In this document: positions 1 to 10,276 of the stretch, piece after piece | Numbering within the stretch: the first letter of the stretch is position 1 | How the letters are laid out: every line of letters begins with the position of its first letter | Assembly: GCF_004010195.1 (NCBI RefSeq) | Contig: NC_057749.1 | Span: 6,074,862 to 6,105,316, forward strand | DNA from: Chiloscyllium plagiosum | Taxonomy: Eukaryota | DNA: 30,455 nucleotides | Direction: 5' to 3' | Position numbers and translations under genes: made by a program | The notes under the pieces: generated by a model | Database searches by the model: none | What the model was told of the DNA's origin: nothing | The model's input: only the letters and a program-made list of their open reading frames with translations

Positions 1-159
1 ACATGGTTAATGGCTGAAGGGCACAGTTCTTTCGAGAATATTGCTCACAGATTCAACTCATTGGACAGAATTTTCCAAATCCTGGTGTGGCAAAGCGAGA
101 GGCTGGTTGTTGGTGGGACAGGGCAGGAAGCATTCTCCCACTGCCATGGGGATTTCCTG

Positions 160-452
160 TGGGTGGTGATTATGTAGTGGTACTGTCATCTGACTAGCAA
201 TCCAGAGGTCTAGGGTAATGCTCTAGAGATGTTGGTTCAAATCCCAGCATGGGAGATGGTGATGTTTGATACAAAGAAAAACTTTGGACAAGCAGCTGGT
301 CTAATGGTGATTATAGAACCACTGTCAATTGTTTTATCAACCCATCTGGTTCACTCGGATCCTTCAGGGAAGCAAATCTGCATCTCTTACTTGGTCTAGC
401 CTACATAATAAATACCAGCCCAGCCAGTGATATCCATATCCCAAGTATGCAT
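160..452 (+). mobile_element. Degraded tRNA-derived SINE (common shark family)
   Basis: A-box-like gtagtggta and B-box ggttcaaatccc. Body and tail (ctggttcact..cttcagggaag..cagccagtgatatccatatccca) match copies at 3960-4135 and 16480-16850. Confidence 0.65.
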
Positions 453-458
453 AAAACA

Positions 459-660
459 AATTGAATTGAATTATTGTCACGTGTATCGAGGCACAGTGAA
501 AAGCTTTGTCTTGCGAACAATACAGGCAGATCACAGAGTTAAGTAGCATAGATAGTAAATAATAGGTAAACAGCAGCAAAAACAAAAACACAGGTACAGA
601 CATATGTTAAGAGCTTGTGAGTCCATTCAGTATTCTAACAACAGTAGGGTAGAAACTGTT
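459..660 (-). mobile_element. Rex1/Babar-like LINE 3' end
   Basis: Reverse complement of the 3' UTR at about 995-1200, with the (attca)n tail seen as ttgaattgaa. Confidence 0.8.
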
Positions 661-669
661 ATTATGTTC

Positions 670-1500
670 AAGAAATGAGAAAGGGCCATCATTGCTTAAT
701 TACTACAAAGAGAATTAAAGTGTTCCAAAATAATTAAAGAGGATAGGCAGGGTAGATGTATGTAAGATATGGCAACTGTACCATTCAAGATTAGAGATGA
801 TTACAGAGAGTGATGAACTCGGCCCGGACAATCACAAAGGCCAACCTCCCATCTATAGAATCCACCTACCAGGCCCGCTGTCAAGGAAAGGCCGCCAGCA
901 TTCTCAAAGATCCATCCCACCCCGTCAATGTTTTTCTACAACCTCTATCATCGGGAAGAAGGTACAGAAACGTGAACACATGCCCCAGCCGGTTTCTACC
1001 TGACTGTTGTGAGAATACTGAATGGACTCACAAACTCTTCGCATTCGCCTGTACCTGTGTTTTTGTTTTTGCTGCTGTTTACCTATTATTTACATATCTA
1101 TGCTATTTAACTCTGTGATCTGCCTGTATTGCTTGCAAGACAAAGCTTTTCACTGTGCCTCGGTACATGTGACAATAAATTCAATTCAATTCAATTCAGT
1201 TCAATTCATAAGATGTTTCACCTGGTTGGGAGTCTAGAACTGGGGGCGCACTTGAAAAATAAACAGGAAAGCTGAGGAGAAATGAATTATTCAGAACCTT
1301 TGGGACGCGCGATCACTGAGGGCTGTGGAAACTCAAGTCTTTGAGCATGTTTAAGTTAGAAATTGATCAATTTTTGATTACCAGTAGTGTATAGAGTTAT
1401 GAGGTTGGGTTAAGTAAAAAGCATTGAAGTATTCAATCAGCCATGATCATATCGAATGGTGGTGCAGACTTGATGGACTAAATCACTTCCTCATGTTCCA
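670..1500 (+). mobile_element. Old CR1-type LINE 3' end interrupted by the Rex1/Babar insertion
   Basis: ggatag..ggtagatg | aagatgtttcacctggttgggagtctagaact..atcagccatgatcatatcgaatggtgg reads continuously across the insertion. Confidence 0.6.
769..1208 (+). mobile_element. 5'-truncated Rex1/Babar-like LINE (ORF2 C-terminus, 3' UTR, (attca)n tail)
   Basis: Translation YGNCTIQD*R*LQRVMNSARTITKANLPSIESTYQARCQGKAASILKDPSHP..LSSGRRYR is typical of the Rex1/Babar RT C-terminal region. TSD taagat at 763-768 and 1209-1214. Confidence 0.85.
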
Positions 1501-1756
1501 ACCTTCCCAACTTTAAAATACAATTACAGCCAAAAACCTCGTTCTTTGACTTTGTTCAATATTGAGGTCTTTGAATGTGCCCTGCACTGAGTTTACCCAG
1601 ATTGTTGCGGCGATAGATGATGTTACCTCCAAGATTTGAACAAGTCGTCAATGCTAATGCTGCAGAGGAAGAATAACAACAACTCGCATTTATATAGCAC
1701 CTCTAAAGCATTGCACAACACTTTGCAGGAATGTTGTTCATACACTGAGCCATTGA

Positions 1757-2073
1757 GGGAGAGGCTCAGTGGTTAGCACTGCTGCCTCACAGCACCAGGG
1801 ACCTGGGTTCAATTCCTGCCTCGGGCGACTGTCTTTGTGGAGTTTGCACATTCACCCCGTGTCTGCGTGGGTTTCCTCCGGGTGCTCCGGATTCCTTCCA
1901 CAGTCCAAAGATGTGCAGGTCAGGTAGATTGGCCATGCTAAATTGCCCATAGTGTTAGGTGTCAGGGGTAGATGTAGGGGAATGGGTCTGGGTGGGATGC
2001 TGTTCGGAGGGTTGGTGTGAACTTGTTGGGCTGAAGGGCCTGTTTCCACACTGTAGGGAATGTAATCTAATCT
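1757..2073 (+). mobile_element. HE1-type V-SINE
   Basis: Head ggctcagtggttagcactgctgcctcacagc, B-box gggttcaattcc, V-domain gtggagtttgcacattc..gggtttcctccgggtgctccgg, tail gggcctgtttccacactgta(atcta)n. Confidence 0.9.
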
Positions 2074-2096
2074 GGAAACAACGACCAAAGATTTAT

Positions 2097-2434
2097 TCAT
2101 AGCATCCCTACAGTGTGGAAGCAGGCCATTCAGCCCACACTGACCTACCAAACAAATCCTATCCAGATCCACCCACCTACTCTATCCCTGTAAGCTTGCA
2201 ATTCCCATGGCCAATCCACCTAACTTGCGCATTACTGAATACTATGGACAATTTAGCACGGCCAACCATTCTAAACTGCATGACTTTGGATTGTGAGAGG
2301 AAACTGAAGCGCCTAGAGGAAACCCACACAGACACGGAGAGGATGGGCAAACTCCGCACAGTCACCCAAGGATGGAATCAAACTCAGGTCACTGACACTA
2401 TGAGGCAGCAGTGCTAACCACTGAGTCACTGTGC
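2097..2434 (-). mobile_element. HE1-type V-SINE, older copy
   Basis: Reverse complement of head (tgaggcagcagtgctaaccactgag) and V-domain (ggaaacccacacagacacgg). Confidence 0.8.
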
Positions 2435-2569
2435 TTCAGTGCAATGCCTTAAAGAAGTAGGAAGAGCTGGGACTTAGGGATTTTGTGCAATGAAATGAAT
2501 CTTTACCAGTCCCCTGTAGCCCAGTACGTGAATTTTTAAGTAAGAATAAAAAATTGAACGTCAATTGTG

Positions 2570-2775
2570 TCTAGCCTTTGCCAACATCTTCAGCTCACTC
2601 ACACACCAAACTCTCTGCTCTTCCAAATCTGCTTCATAGTGCATTCCACCCAGCGACAATTCTGCCATCAGCAGCACCCTGGTCAGCTGTTGCATACCCA
2701 CCACCTACAATTCTCTTCCGAAATTATTTCACTCTTTCAAAGGCCCACCTCTCCAACCATGTCTTTAACTAGCTC
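2570..2775 (+). mobile_element. Degraded L2-like LINE 3' fragment
   Basis: Weak resemblance to L2 3' ends (..cagcagcaccctggtcagctg..ttcaaaggcccacctctccaaccatgtcttt). Confidence 0.35.
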
Positions 2776-3359
2776 CTGTGAGACAGCTTCCGTTGACCAA
2801 ACCTTTCTTTCCTCAGTCGGTGAAGTTGTTGATGTCACTTGGTAATTTTCGGAGTTCGGTTGCTGTCCAGAATTGCTTATGCCTCTCATTAGACAGAGGG
2901 TCATCTCTGCCAATCCCCTTGCAAAGGGTGGAAAAAGGGCAAGGATATTAATGTGGCATTAATTTAACAGTATTTCACAGGACCTTGAAAAAACACCTGA
3001 CACAATTATAGCATTGTTTCAAGTTATTAAATATTAATTGAATACTTTTAACTAATCAATAGAATATTTGATTAAACAAATAATTGGTTGGCAGTGTCTT
3101 AAATGGAAGTACACCTGATGCCATGATTATAATTAACTCATTCGAAAGATTCATGAATTCAATCATGATTACATAGTCCTGTTGCACAATTATTGTAGGC
3201 CGGTAAGTTTTTCTTTCATTTTTCACACAATGTTTGCTGGGTCCTTCAGAATTCACCGAGTACGATCACCATGCTACATTTATTTTAAAAATTGGTCCTG
3301 ATAATCTTACTCCCATTTTTAAGAAGAACCTTTGTAACAAGATGTGTAAAAAGAAAACA

Positions 3360-3945
3360 AAGGAAGACTTTCTAGACCACAAGAAATCCCAAAGCACTTC
3401 ATAGACGATGAAGTACATAAAGTTATAGTCCAACAGGTTTACTTGAAGTCACAAATTTGAAGATTTCACCTGACAAAGGAGGAGTGCTCCAAAAGTTTGT
3501 GATTTCAAATAAACCTGTCGGACCATAACCTGGTGTCATGTGACTTCTCCTTTGTCCACCCCAGTCCAACACTAGCACTCCCATATTAAGTGAAAGTTAG
3601 TCACCAGTACAATGTAGAAAATACAGCAGCCAATTTGCACACAACAAGTTTGTACAAACAGCAATGTTAATGACCAGATAGCCAGTTTTGGTGGATGGTG
3701 TTTTGGGGGATCAATGTTGGCCTGGAAACTAGGGATTACTCCCCTGCTCTCTCTTAAAGTATGACACGGGATGTTTTGCTTCAGAACAAGACCTCAGAAT
3801 AACACCCCATCCAAAATGGCACCTCTAACAACGCAGCAGTCCTGAACTGAATTGCCAGCAGCAATTTTCCTGCTCAGTTCTCTGAATTGAGACTTGAATA
3901 CACTGCCTTCTAACTCTGAGGTACAGTTGCCACCCTCAGAGTGAC
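3360..3945 (-). mobile_element. SacSINE1/DeuSINE-type SINE, interrupted at about 3420-3588
   Basis: Reverse-strand hallmarks cccaaagcact, cagcagccaatttgcacac, actcccctgctct, ggcacctctaaca and gacttgaa..ccttctaactctgagg (tRNA head). Confidence 0.75.
3422..3585 (+). mobile_element. Short Penelope-derived element in inverted configuration with decayed hammerhead core
   Basis: Arms 3422-3458 and 3492-3529 are imperfect inverted repeats. ctgacaa-a-ggagg-agt-gctcc-aaaa at 3470-3494 is a CpG-decayed CTGANGA..GAAA core (compare 23675-23703). Confidence 0.65.
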
Positions 3946-3959
3946 AGCAATTTCAGCAA

Positions 3960-4135
3960 TGGCTCACTAACGTCCTTTAGGCAAAGAAACTACCATGTCG
4001 ACCTGGTCTGGCCTACATGGGACTCCAGGCCCACAGCAATGTGGTTGACTCTTAACAACCCTCTTGGCAATTAGGGACGGGCAACAAATGCTGGCCTAGC
4101 CAGTGACGCCTCATCCCATGAATGAATAAAGAAAA
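3960..4135 (+). mobile_element. 3' half of tRNA-derived shark SINE
   Basis: Matches 16655-16850 (ctggtctggcctaca..gactccag..ggcaattaggga..atgaatgaataaa). Confidence 0.75.
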
Positions 4136-4229
4136 ATTGCAGGCAAGCTAGTTTAACGTTTTAGAATTAGAGAACCATAGAGTTGTCCAGCTTGGAAACA
4201 GAACCAATGCCGACCAGATAATCTGTGAT

Positions 4230-4760
4230 AAGCCTCATTTCTGTTTTGCTTGCTTTCCCCCGTAACCATTGATTTCCTTACTGATTAAAGTTCTGTCTAT
4301 CTCCACCTTGAACATACAGTCTGTTCTGCTATAATGTGTGCTTCTTCAAGGCGAATCGAAGAATTTAGACCGTTATTTGTAGAATGCAAACTTTCCTCAC
4401 CTGCATTGACTACAATGCGTTTCTGGCCCCATTAGTTAAAATGGTGCAGCTATTGCAAGATTTTCTTATAACACGAGATCGCACGAGAACGGAGCTCTCC
4501 GGCTATATCAGAGCCGACTGTACTTAACATTCCAGACACGACAGCCCTGTAAGGTAAAGGATTCCCCAAAGATTGACTACCCCCTGAAAGAAGTAATTCC
4601 ACCTCATCTCTGGCATAAACAGATGAATCCTTAATCTGAGATTACACCTCTGGTTTCAGATTCTCCTGAGAAAGGAAACATGTTTTCCGCATCTACCCTG
4701 TCAAGTCCCCTAAGAATGATGTATGTTTCCAAAAGGTAACCAGTCATTCTTCTAAACTCC
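4230..4760 (-). mobile_element. CR1-type LINE 3' fragment interrupted by a MITE
   Basis: Same family as 12400-12680 and 21860-22750 (..atctaccctgtcaagtcccctaagaat..cattcttctaaactcc). Confidence 0.65.
4317..4520. mobile_element. Tc1/mariner (pogo/Tigger-like) MITE
   Basis: TA TSDs at 4315-4316 and 4521-4522. Imperfect TIRs cagtctgttctgctata / tatatcagagccgactg. 204 bp, non-coding. Confidence 0.85.
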
Positions 4761-5271
4761 AAAACTATTCTGCAAAATGAACATGTGATAATAATCAAGA
4801 ACAAGCTACACTAATAACTTAGATATTGTTTCTAAAACTACGGGCAGATCAAGGATAACAGGTCTGTCCCCTTTGACATCCTAGCACATTCATTTTGCAG
4901 AATAGTTTTGCCTTTTCAAATCCAACTCCCTATTATGTCATCAGGTTGGGTGGACCTTAATGCGGCTTCAGAATTAACCATTTCTGAACCATTACCTCAC
5001 ACAACAGTTGTTAAGTGACATGAAAAAAGACAAAGATTTGGATAGAAAGCATAAAAAACCTCAAATTTTGCTGAAAATGGACAAATGCAAGAATGCCAAT
5101 CATGACAATTTATACCTTCGCTGAAAGGGATGATGACTTATTGATAAGTTGTCTCTGATTGGCTGAGATGTTGCCATGGCAAATGCAGGGTGCCTTGCAG
5201 CTCACCAAGCTCTCGGCTACTTCAGAAATGAGCCTAAGTTTAAATCTATTATTTTATTTGGATGGAATGAA

Positions 5272-7340
5272 TCCTTCAACAGTGCAGCACCCTCAGCACT
5301 GACCTTCCAAGAGTGCCCACTCCCTCAGCACTGACCTTCCAACAGTGTCTGTTTCCTCAGCATTGATCCTCCAACAATGCCCCTTCCCTCAGCACTGACC
5401 TTCCACTCGTGCCTGTTTCCTCAGCACTGACCCTCCGACAGTGCGGCTCTCCCTCAGCACTGACCTTCCGACAGTGCTGCAATCCCTCAGCACTGACCCT
5501 CCAATAGTGCCCATTCCCTCAGCACTGACCCTCCGACAGTGCCCGATCCCTTAGCACTGACCCTCCGACAGTGCNNNNNNNNNNNNNNNNNNNNNNNNNN
5601 NNNNNNNNNNNNNNNNNNNNNNNNNNNNNNNNNNNNNNNNNNNNNNNNNNNNNNNNNNNNNNNNNNNNNNNNNNNNNNNNNNNNNNNNNNNNNNNNNNNN
5701 NNNNNNNNNNNNNNNNNNNNNNNNNNNNNNNNNNNNNNNNNNNNNNNNNNNNNNNNNNNNNNNNNNNNNNNNNNNNNNNNNNNNNNNNNNNNNNNNNNNN
5801 NNNNNNNNNNNNNNNNNNNNNNNNNNNNNNNNNNNNNNNNNNNNNNNNNNNNNNNNNNNNNNNNNNNNNNNNNNNNNNNNNNNNNNNNNNNNNNNNNNNN
5901 NNNNNNNNNNNNNNNNNNNNNNNNNNNNNNNNNNNNNNNNNNNNNNNNNNNNNNNNNNNNNNNNNNNNNNNNNNNNNNNNNNNNNNNNNNNNNNNNNNNN
6001 NNNNNNNNNNNNNNNNNNNNNNNNNNNNNNNNNNNNNNNNNNNNNNNNNNNNNNNNNNNNNNNNNNNNNNNNNNNNNNNNNNNNNNNNNNNNNNNNNNNN
6101 NNNNNNNNNNNNNNNNNNNNNNNNNNNNNNNNNNNNNNNNNNNNNNNNNNNNNNNNNNNNNNNNNNNNNNNNNNNNNNNNNNNNNNNNNNNNNNNNNNNN
6201 NNNNNNNNNNNNNNNNNNNNNNNNNNNNNNNNNNNNNNNNNNNNNNNNCTGCACTCTCTCAGCACTGATCCTCCGACAATGCCCGCTCCCTCAGCACTGA
6301 CCCTCTGACAGTGCCCGCTCCCTCGGCACTGGCCCTCCGACAGTGCCTGCTTCCTCAGCACTGACCCTCTGACAGTGCTGCACTCAATCAGCACTGACCC
6401 TCCGACATTTGGGCACTTCCTCAGCACTGACTCTCCGACAGTGCCTACTTCTTCAGCACTGACCCTCCGACAGTGCGGCACTCTCTCAGCCCTGACCCTC
6501 CGACAGTGCTGCACTCTCTCAGCACTGACCCTCCGACAGTGCAGCACTCTCTCAGCACTGACCCTCCGACATTTGGGCACTTCCTCAGCACTGACCCTCC
6601 GACAGTGCCTACTTCCTCAGCACTGACCCTCCGACAGTGCTGCACTCTCTCAGCACTGATCCTCCGACAGTGCCCGCTCCCTCAGCACTGACCCTCTGAC
6701 AGTGCCCGCTCCCTCGGCACTGACCCTCCGACAGCGCCTGCTTCCTCAGCACTGACCCTCCGACAGTGTCCGCTCCCTCAGCACTGACCCTCCAAAAGTG
6801 TCCATTCCCTCGGCACTGACGCTCTGACAGTGCCCGCTCCGTCAGCATTGGCCCTCCGACAGTGCTGCACTCACTCAGCACTGACCCTCCGACATTTGGG
6901 CACTTCCTCAGCACTGACCGTCCGACAGTGCGGCCATCTCTCAGCCCTGACACTCCGACAGTGCTGCACTCTCTCAGCACTGACCCTTTGACAGTGCCCA
7001 CTCCCTCAGCACTGACCCTCTGACATGCCCGCTCCCTCAGCACTGACCCTCTGACAGTGCTCGCTCCCTCAGCACTGACCCTCTGACAGTGCTGCACTCC
7101 CTTAGCACTGACCCTCCAACAGTGTTGCAATCCCTCAGCGCTGACCCTTCGACAGTGCGGCACTTCCTCAGCGCTGACCCTTCGACAGTGCGGCACTTCC
7201 TCAGCACTGGCCCTCTGACAGTGCTGCAATCCCTCAGCGCTGACCCTTCGACAGTGCGGCACTTCCTCAGTGCTGACCCTCCGACTGTGCTGCAATCCCT
7301 CAGCGCTGACCCTCCGACAGTGCCTGCTTCCTCAGCACAG
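5272..7340. repeat. 32/33-bp tandem satellite (consensus about cctcagcactgaccctccgacagtgcnncactc) containing a 674-N gap
   Basis: Dozens of tandem copies are directly visible. N run at 5575-6248. Confidence 0.97.
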
Positions 7341-7899
7341 TGAATGTCTGTTCCTCAAGCATTTGTGAAGAAGTCACAATGTGAGCTGTTCTGATTACCT
7401 TCGATTAAGTGATAAAAGGACATTAAAAGATTAGATGTAACACATGTGAGGAGGATGAGCATCCTTTAATATGTTTAATTTCAATGTAAAGAAACAAAAT
7501 GCCAATACACCTACTTAAGTTGAGATCTAACAGATGGCTTTTAATGTGAAAGTAAATGACGGGTAATCCACACAGGAGCAAATAACAGGCAACTGGCCCA
7601 TAACTAAAAAGGATCCCAAATATTCTTAAATTCATGGAATTGGACAACAGGGAGAGATCAGATGATGCATTATGAACCAGCAAGATGAAGTAAATTTCAT
7701 TTAGGTTTGATTTTAAACTTGGTCAAGTAAAAACAACGGAGACAGCAATTGGTGTGGAATATCCGACTTCAGTATCCTAAAGACAGTGAAGATTAAAATC
7801 AGACAGAGCTTCCTTCCCTGATTATTAACCATGATTCTGACTGGAAAGAGCTCTAGTCTGATCCTTAGGAAATGAAATCAACAGACCAAAAAATATCTG

Positions 7900-8202
7900 T
7901 GCTGGTTGATACTGATGGCAGCTTTATATATGCCAGAATGACTATTAAACAGATGTCTTGAAGTTTATTTGCAACACCATCTACCTCCAAGACAATGATA
8001 TCAGAGAGGTACACGCATGGACTGTGTACTGTGCTTGCTGATGTTACTGTAAATTACACATAACTGATTAACTATACTGATCCATTACACAGTGAGACTG
8101 ACCACAGGTGAGGCAGGTGCTTTTATACTGAACCATCCTGTGTTGTGTGATCATGTAGCTTGTCCAAAAGATCTTGTCTGTAATCCATACCATAATATGA
8201 CA
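7900..8202 (-). mobile_element. Putative 3' LTR of the Gypsy relic
   Basis: On the minus strand: purine-rich aaatgaaatggag, then TGTCATA at 8202, TATAAAAG at 8120-8127 and AATAAA at 7964-7969, in LTR order. The lower boundary is uncertain. Confidence 0.5.
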
Positions 8203-8459
8203 TGACTCCATTTCATTTAAAGGATGGGTATCCTTTCCTGGTAATAAGTTTTGGGATGCATATAAGTACTGAATATTGACTCTGTACATTTAGATAACAC
8301 AATGATGGATGAACAACATGACTAGATTGAGGTCCTATACACTTATCATGAATTCATTTAGCTTCACTTCTGCAATGTGCTATGTCCCTTGTGTATCATT
8401 CATCATAGAAATAATGGTTGATGTCATCATCCTGTATGATGGATGGTTGTTGATATGCA

Positions 8460-9650
8460 GTATGGATTTGTTGTCAAATTCTGTGTAGTACCTGGTTGTT
8501 GTTCATTACAATGTCATATGTCCTTGGCTGAATACAACGATGTAATATCTTTTCAGAAAGCCAAATGTTTGTGTGAATATCTCAGGCTTGTGTGGTTTGA
8601 TCTGGGTTACTGGCTGCATGCTCATTGATCATGCTGTTCCATCATTTTCTCCCTTCTTTCCAGGAATGGTTTATGCACATAAGGTTAGGTAGCAAGTGTA
8701 TGGGAGGGAAGAGCTGTCTGGATCTGTCACCCAAACATGGGATCCACCAATGAAAGAAATCATTACCTGGAGTAGCACCACAATTTAACATTGAAAATCT
8801 TGGCAAGTCTCTTTTCCTTTAACAAGTTTGCAGTATGGACCACAGTGGGGAGAGTGGGTAATATGTTGAACACCCTAATTCCTGCTCATGTCTTTGAAGG
8901 ATGAAGTAGTGTACTGTCAGACTGTTGTTGGATACAGTTTATTCTGGAATGCTGAACATACTGAATATGGCAGTCAATGTGTCAACAACCATTACACTAG
9001 TGGTATATTTGATTTATCATACAAAAGTTAATTTGGTGAAATTGCCACCAGGACTTATTCCTGTCCTTGGACAGTTGCATATCAATCAAAGATATCAACC
9101 TTGCACCGCATCTCAAAAGAAATAAATGTGTTCCATTGTGGAGGTTGAGGGAATTGACAAGTTTTACATGCCTTGATTAATTTATTAATGTCATAATTAA
9201 TACTGGGCCAATATGGGGATTCACACACCAATCTCTTACTTTTGTTTCTGCACCATATTTCCTTTATGGGTATGGTCTAGCTTGTGTTGATGGAGAGCTC
9301 GCAGACTTATGTCTTGTTCACCTTTGAAGACTGCATCCTTAGAAAATCTGTGTCTCTAAGTGAGCAGAAAGAATGTCTGAACTGGGGGAGCTGTTGGATG
9401 CATTTAAGTTACATGTTGATTTTTTTTTTCCCAATTAACCTGTTCAGAAACGTTATTACACACCTCTGGGGCAGATGGGACTGGGAGTTGTGCCTCCTTG
9501 TCCAAAAGTAGGGACACTACCACTATGCCATAAGAGGGCCAGGCTGTTGATGATGATCTTTTCGAGCAGTTGCAGCTGGCTATCATCTGACATAGCTTAT
9601 TGAATCTGCTGTCTTTAGCTGTGAACAAAATGCATTAGATTAATGTTGCG
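8460..9650 (-). pseudogene. Ty3/Gypsy integrase remnant (stops, frameshifts)
   Basis: Manual translation: QQIQ*AMSDDSQLQLLEKIIIN; AVFKGEQ; YWPSINYDINKLIKACKTCQ (9154-9213, Zn finger); TTSVMVVDTLTAIFSMFSIPE*TVSNN (from 9004); QYTTSSFKDMSRN*GVQHITHSPH (8845-8916); MFG*QIQTALP (8706-8738); W....CIQPRTYDIV. Confidence 0.85.
9421..9544 (-). mobile_element. Short (about 124 bp) tRNA-derived SINE with poly(A) tail, inserted in the Gypsy relic
   Basis: A-box-like tggcatagtggtag and an A-tail on the minus strand. 7-bp TSD tgttgat at 9414-9420 and 9545-9551. Confidence 0.75.
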
Positions 9651-9871
9651 GTCTGGAATCTTTCACCATGCAACTGAACATTTCGTCAACTTGCAGACTG
9701 TGATAATATGTGGATCTGTGCATGCTGGTAAAACAAGGGTGGAAGGTTCACGTATTTCAACAGTGCAAATGATTTCAGATGCCATCTGAAAGATCTGAAT
9801 TGGCATTTAAGATGGGTAATGCCAACGCATGGGATATCAGACCCATTGTAAGTAGGAGAGGAAGCTTGACA

Positions 9872-10190
9872 GGGTGGCACAATGCCTCAGTGGTTAGCAC
9901 TGCTGCCTCACAGCGCCAGGGACCCGGGTTCAATTCCAGCCTTGGGCAAGTGTCTGTGTAGAGTTTGCACATTCTCCCCATGTCTGCGTGGGTTTCGTCC
10001 CACAGCCCAAAGCTGTACAGGTTAGGTGATTTGGCTATGCTAAATTGTCCAAGGTGTTCAGGGATGTGTAGATTAGGTGCATTAGTCAGGGGTAAATATA
10101 GAGTAGGAGGGTGTGTTACTCTTTGGAGGATTGGTGTGGACTTGTTGGGCTGAAGGGCCTGTTTCCATATTGTAGGGATTCTTAAAAAAA
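9872..10190 (+). mobile_element. HE1-type V-SINE
   Basis: gggtggcac..cagtggttagcactgctgcctcacagcgccagggacccgggttcaattcc..gggcctgtttcca. Confidence 0.9.
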
Positions 10191-10194
10191 CAGT

Positions 10195-10276
10195 CAGTGA
10201 GGATTATCAGCCATAATCAAATTGAATGATGGAACATGCTTGAGGGACCAAATGGCTTACTCCTGCTCCTATGTTA
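10195..10276 (+). mobile_element. CR1-type 3' tail fragment
   Basis: atcagccataatcaaattgaatg..gcttgagggaccaaatggcttactcctgctcctatgtt. Confidence 0.6.

Noticed and set aside
1763..1815. tRNA gene
   Set aside because: It is the tRNA-derived head of a SINE and continues into the V-domain.
5272..7340. CRISPR-like look (constant palindromic core plus variable segment)
   Set aside because: The variable parts are only 6-8 nt and recur, there are no cas genes, and the context is vertebrate. It is a satellite.
5487..7343. Long ORFs of 228-353 aa
   Set aside because: They are translations of the satellite and the N gap.
7337..7375. RSS heptamer CACAGTG (and gacagtg in each monomer)
   Set aside because: No nonamer at 12 or 23 bp spacing, and no V/J segments.
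7430..7900. env-like extra ORF downstream of the Gypsy integrase
   Set aside because: It lies outside the putative 3' LTR and shows no recognisable motifs.
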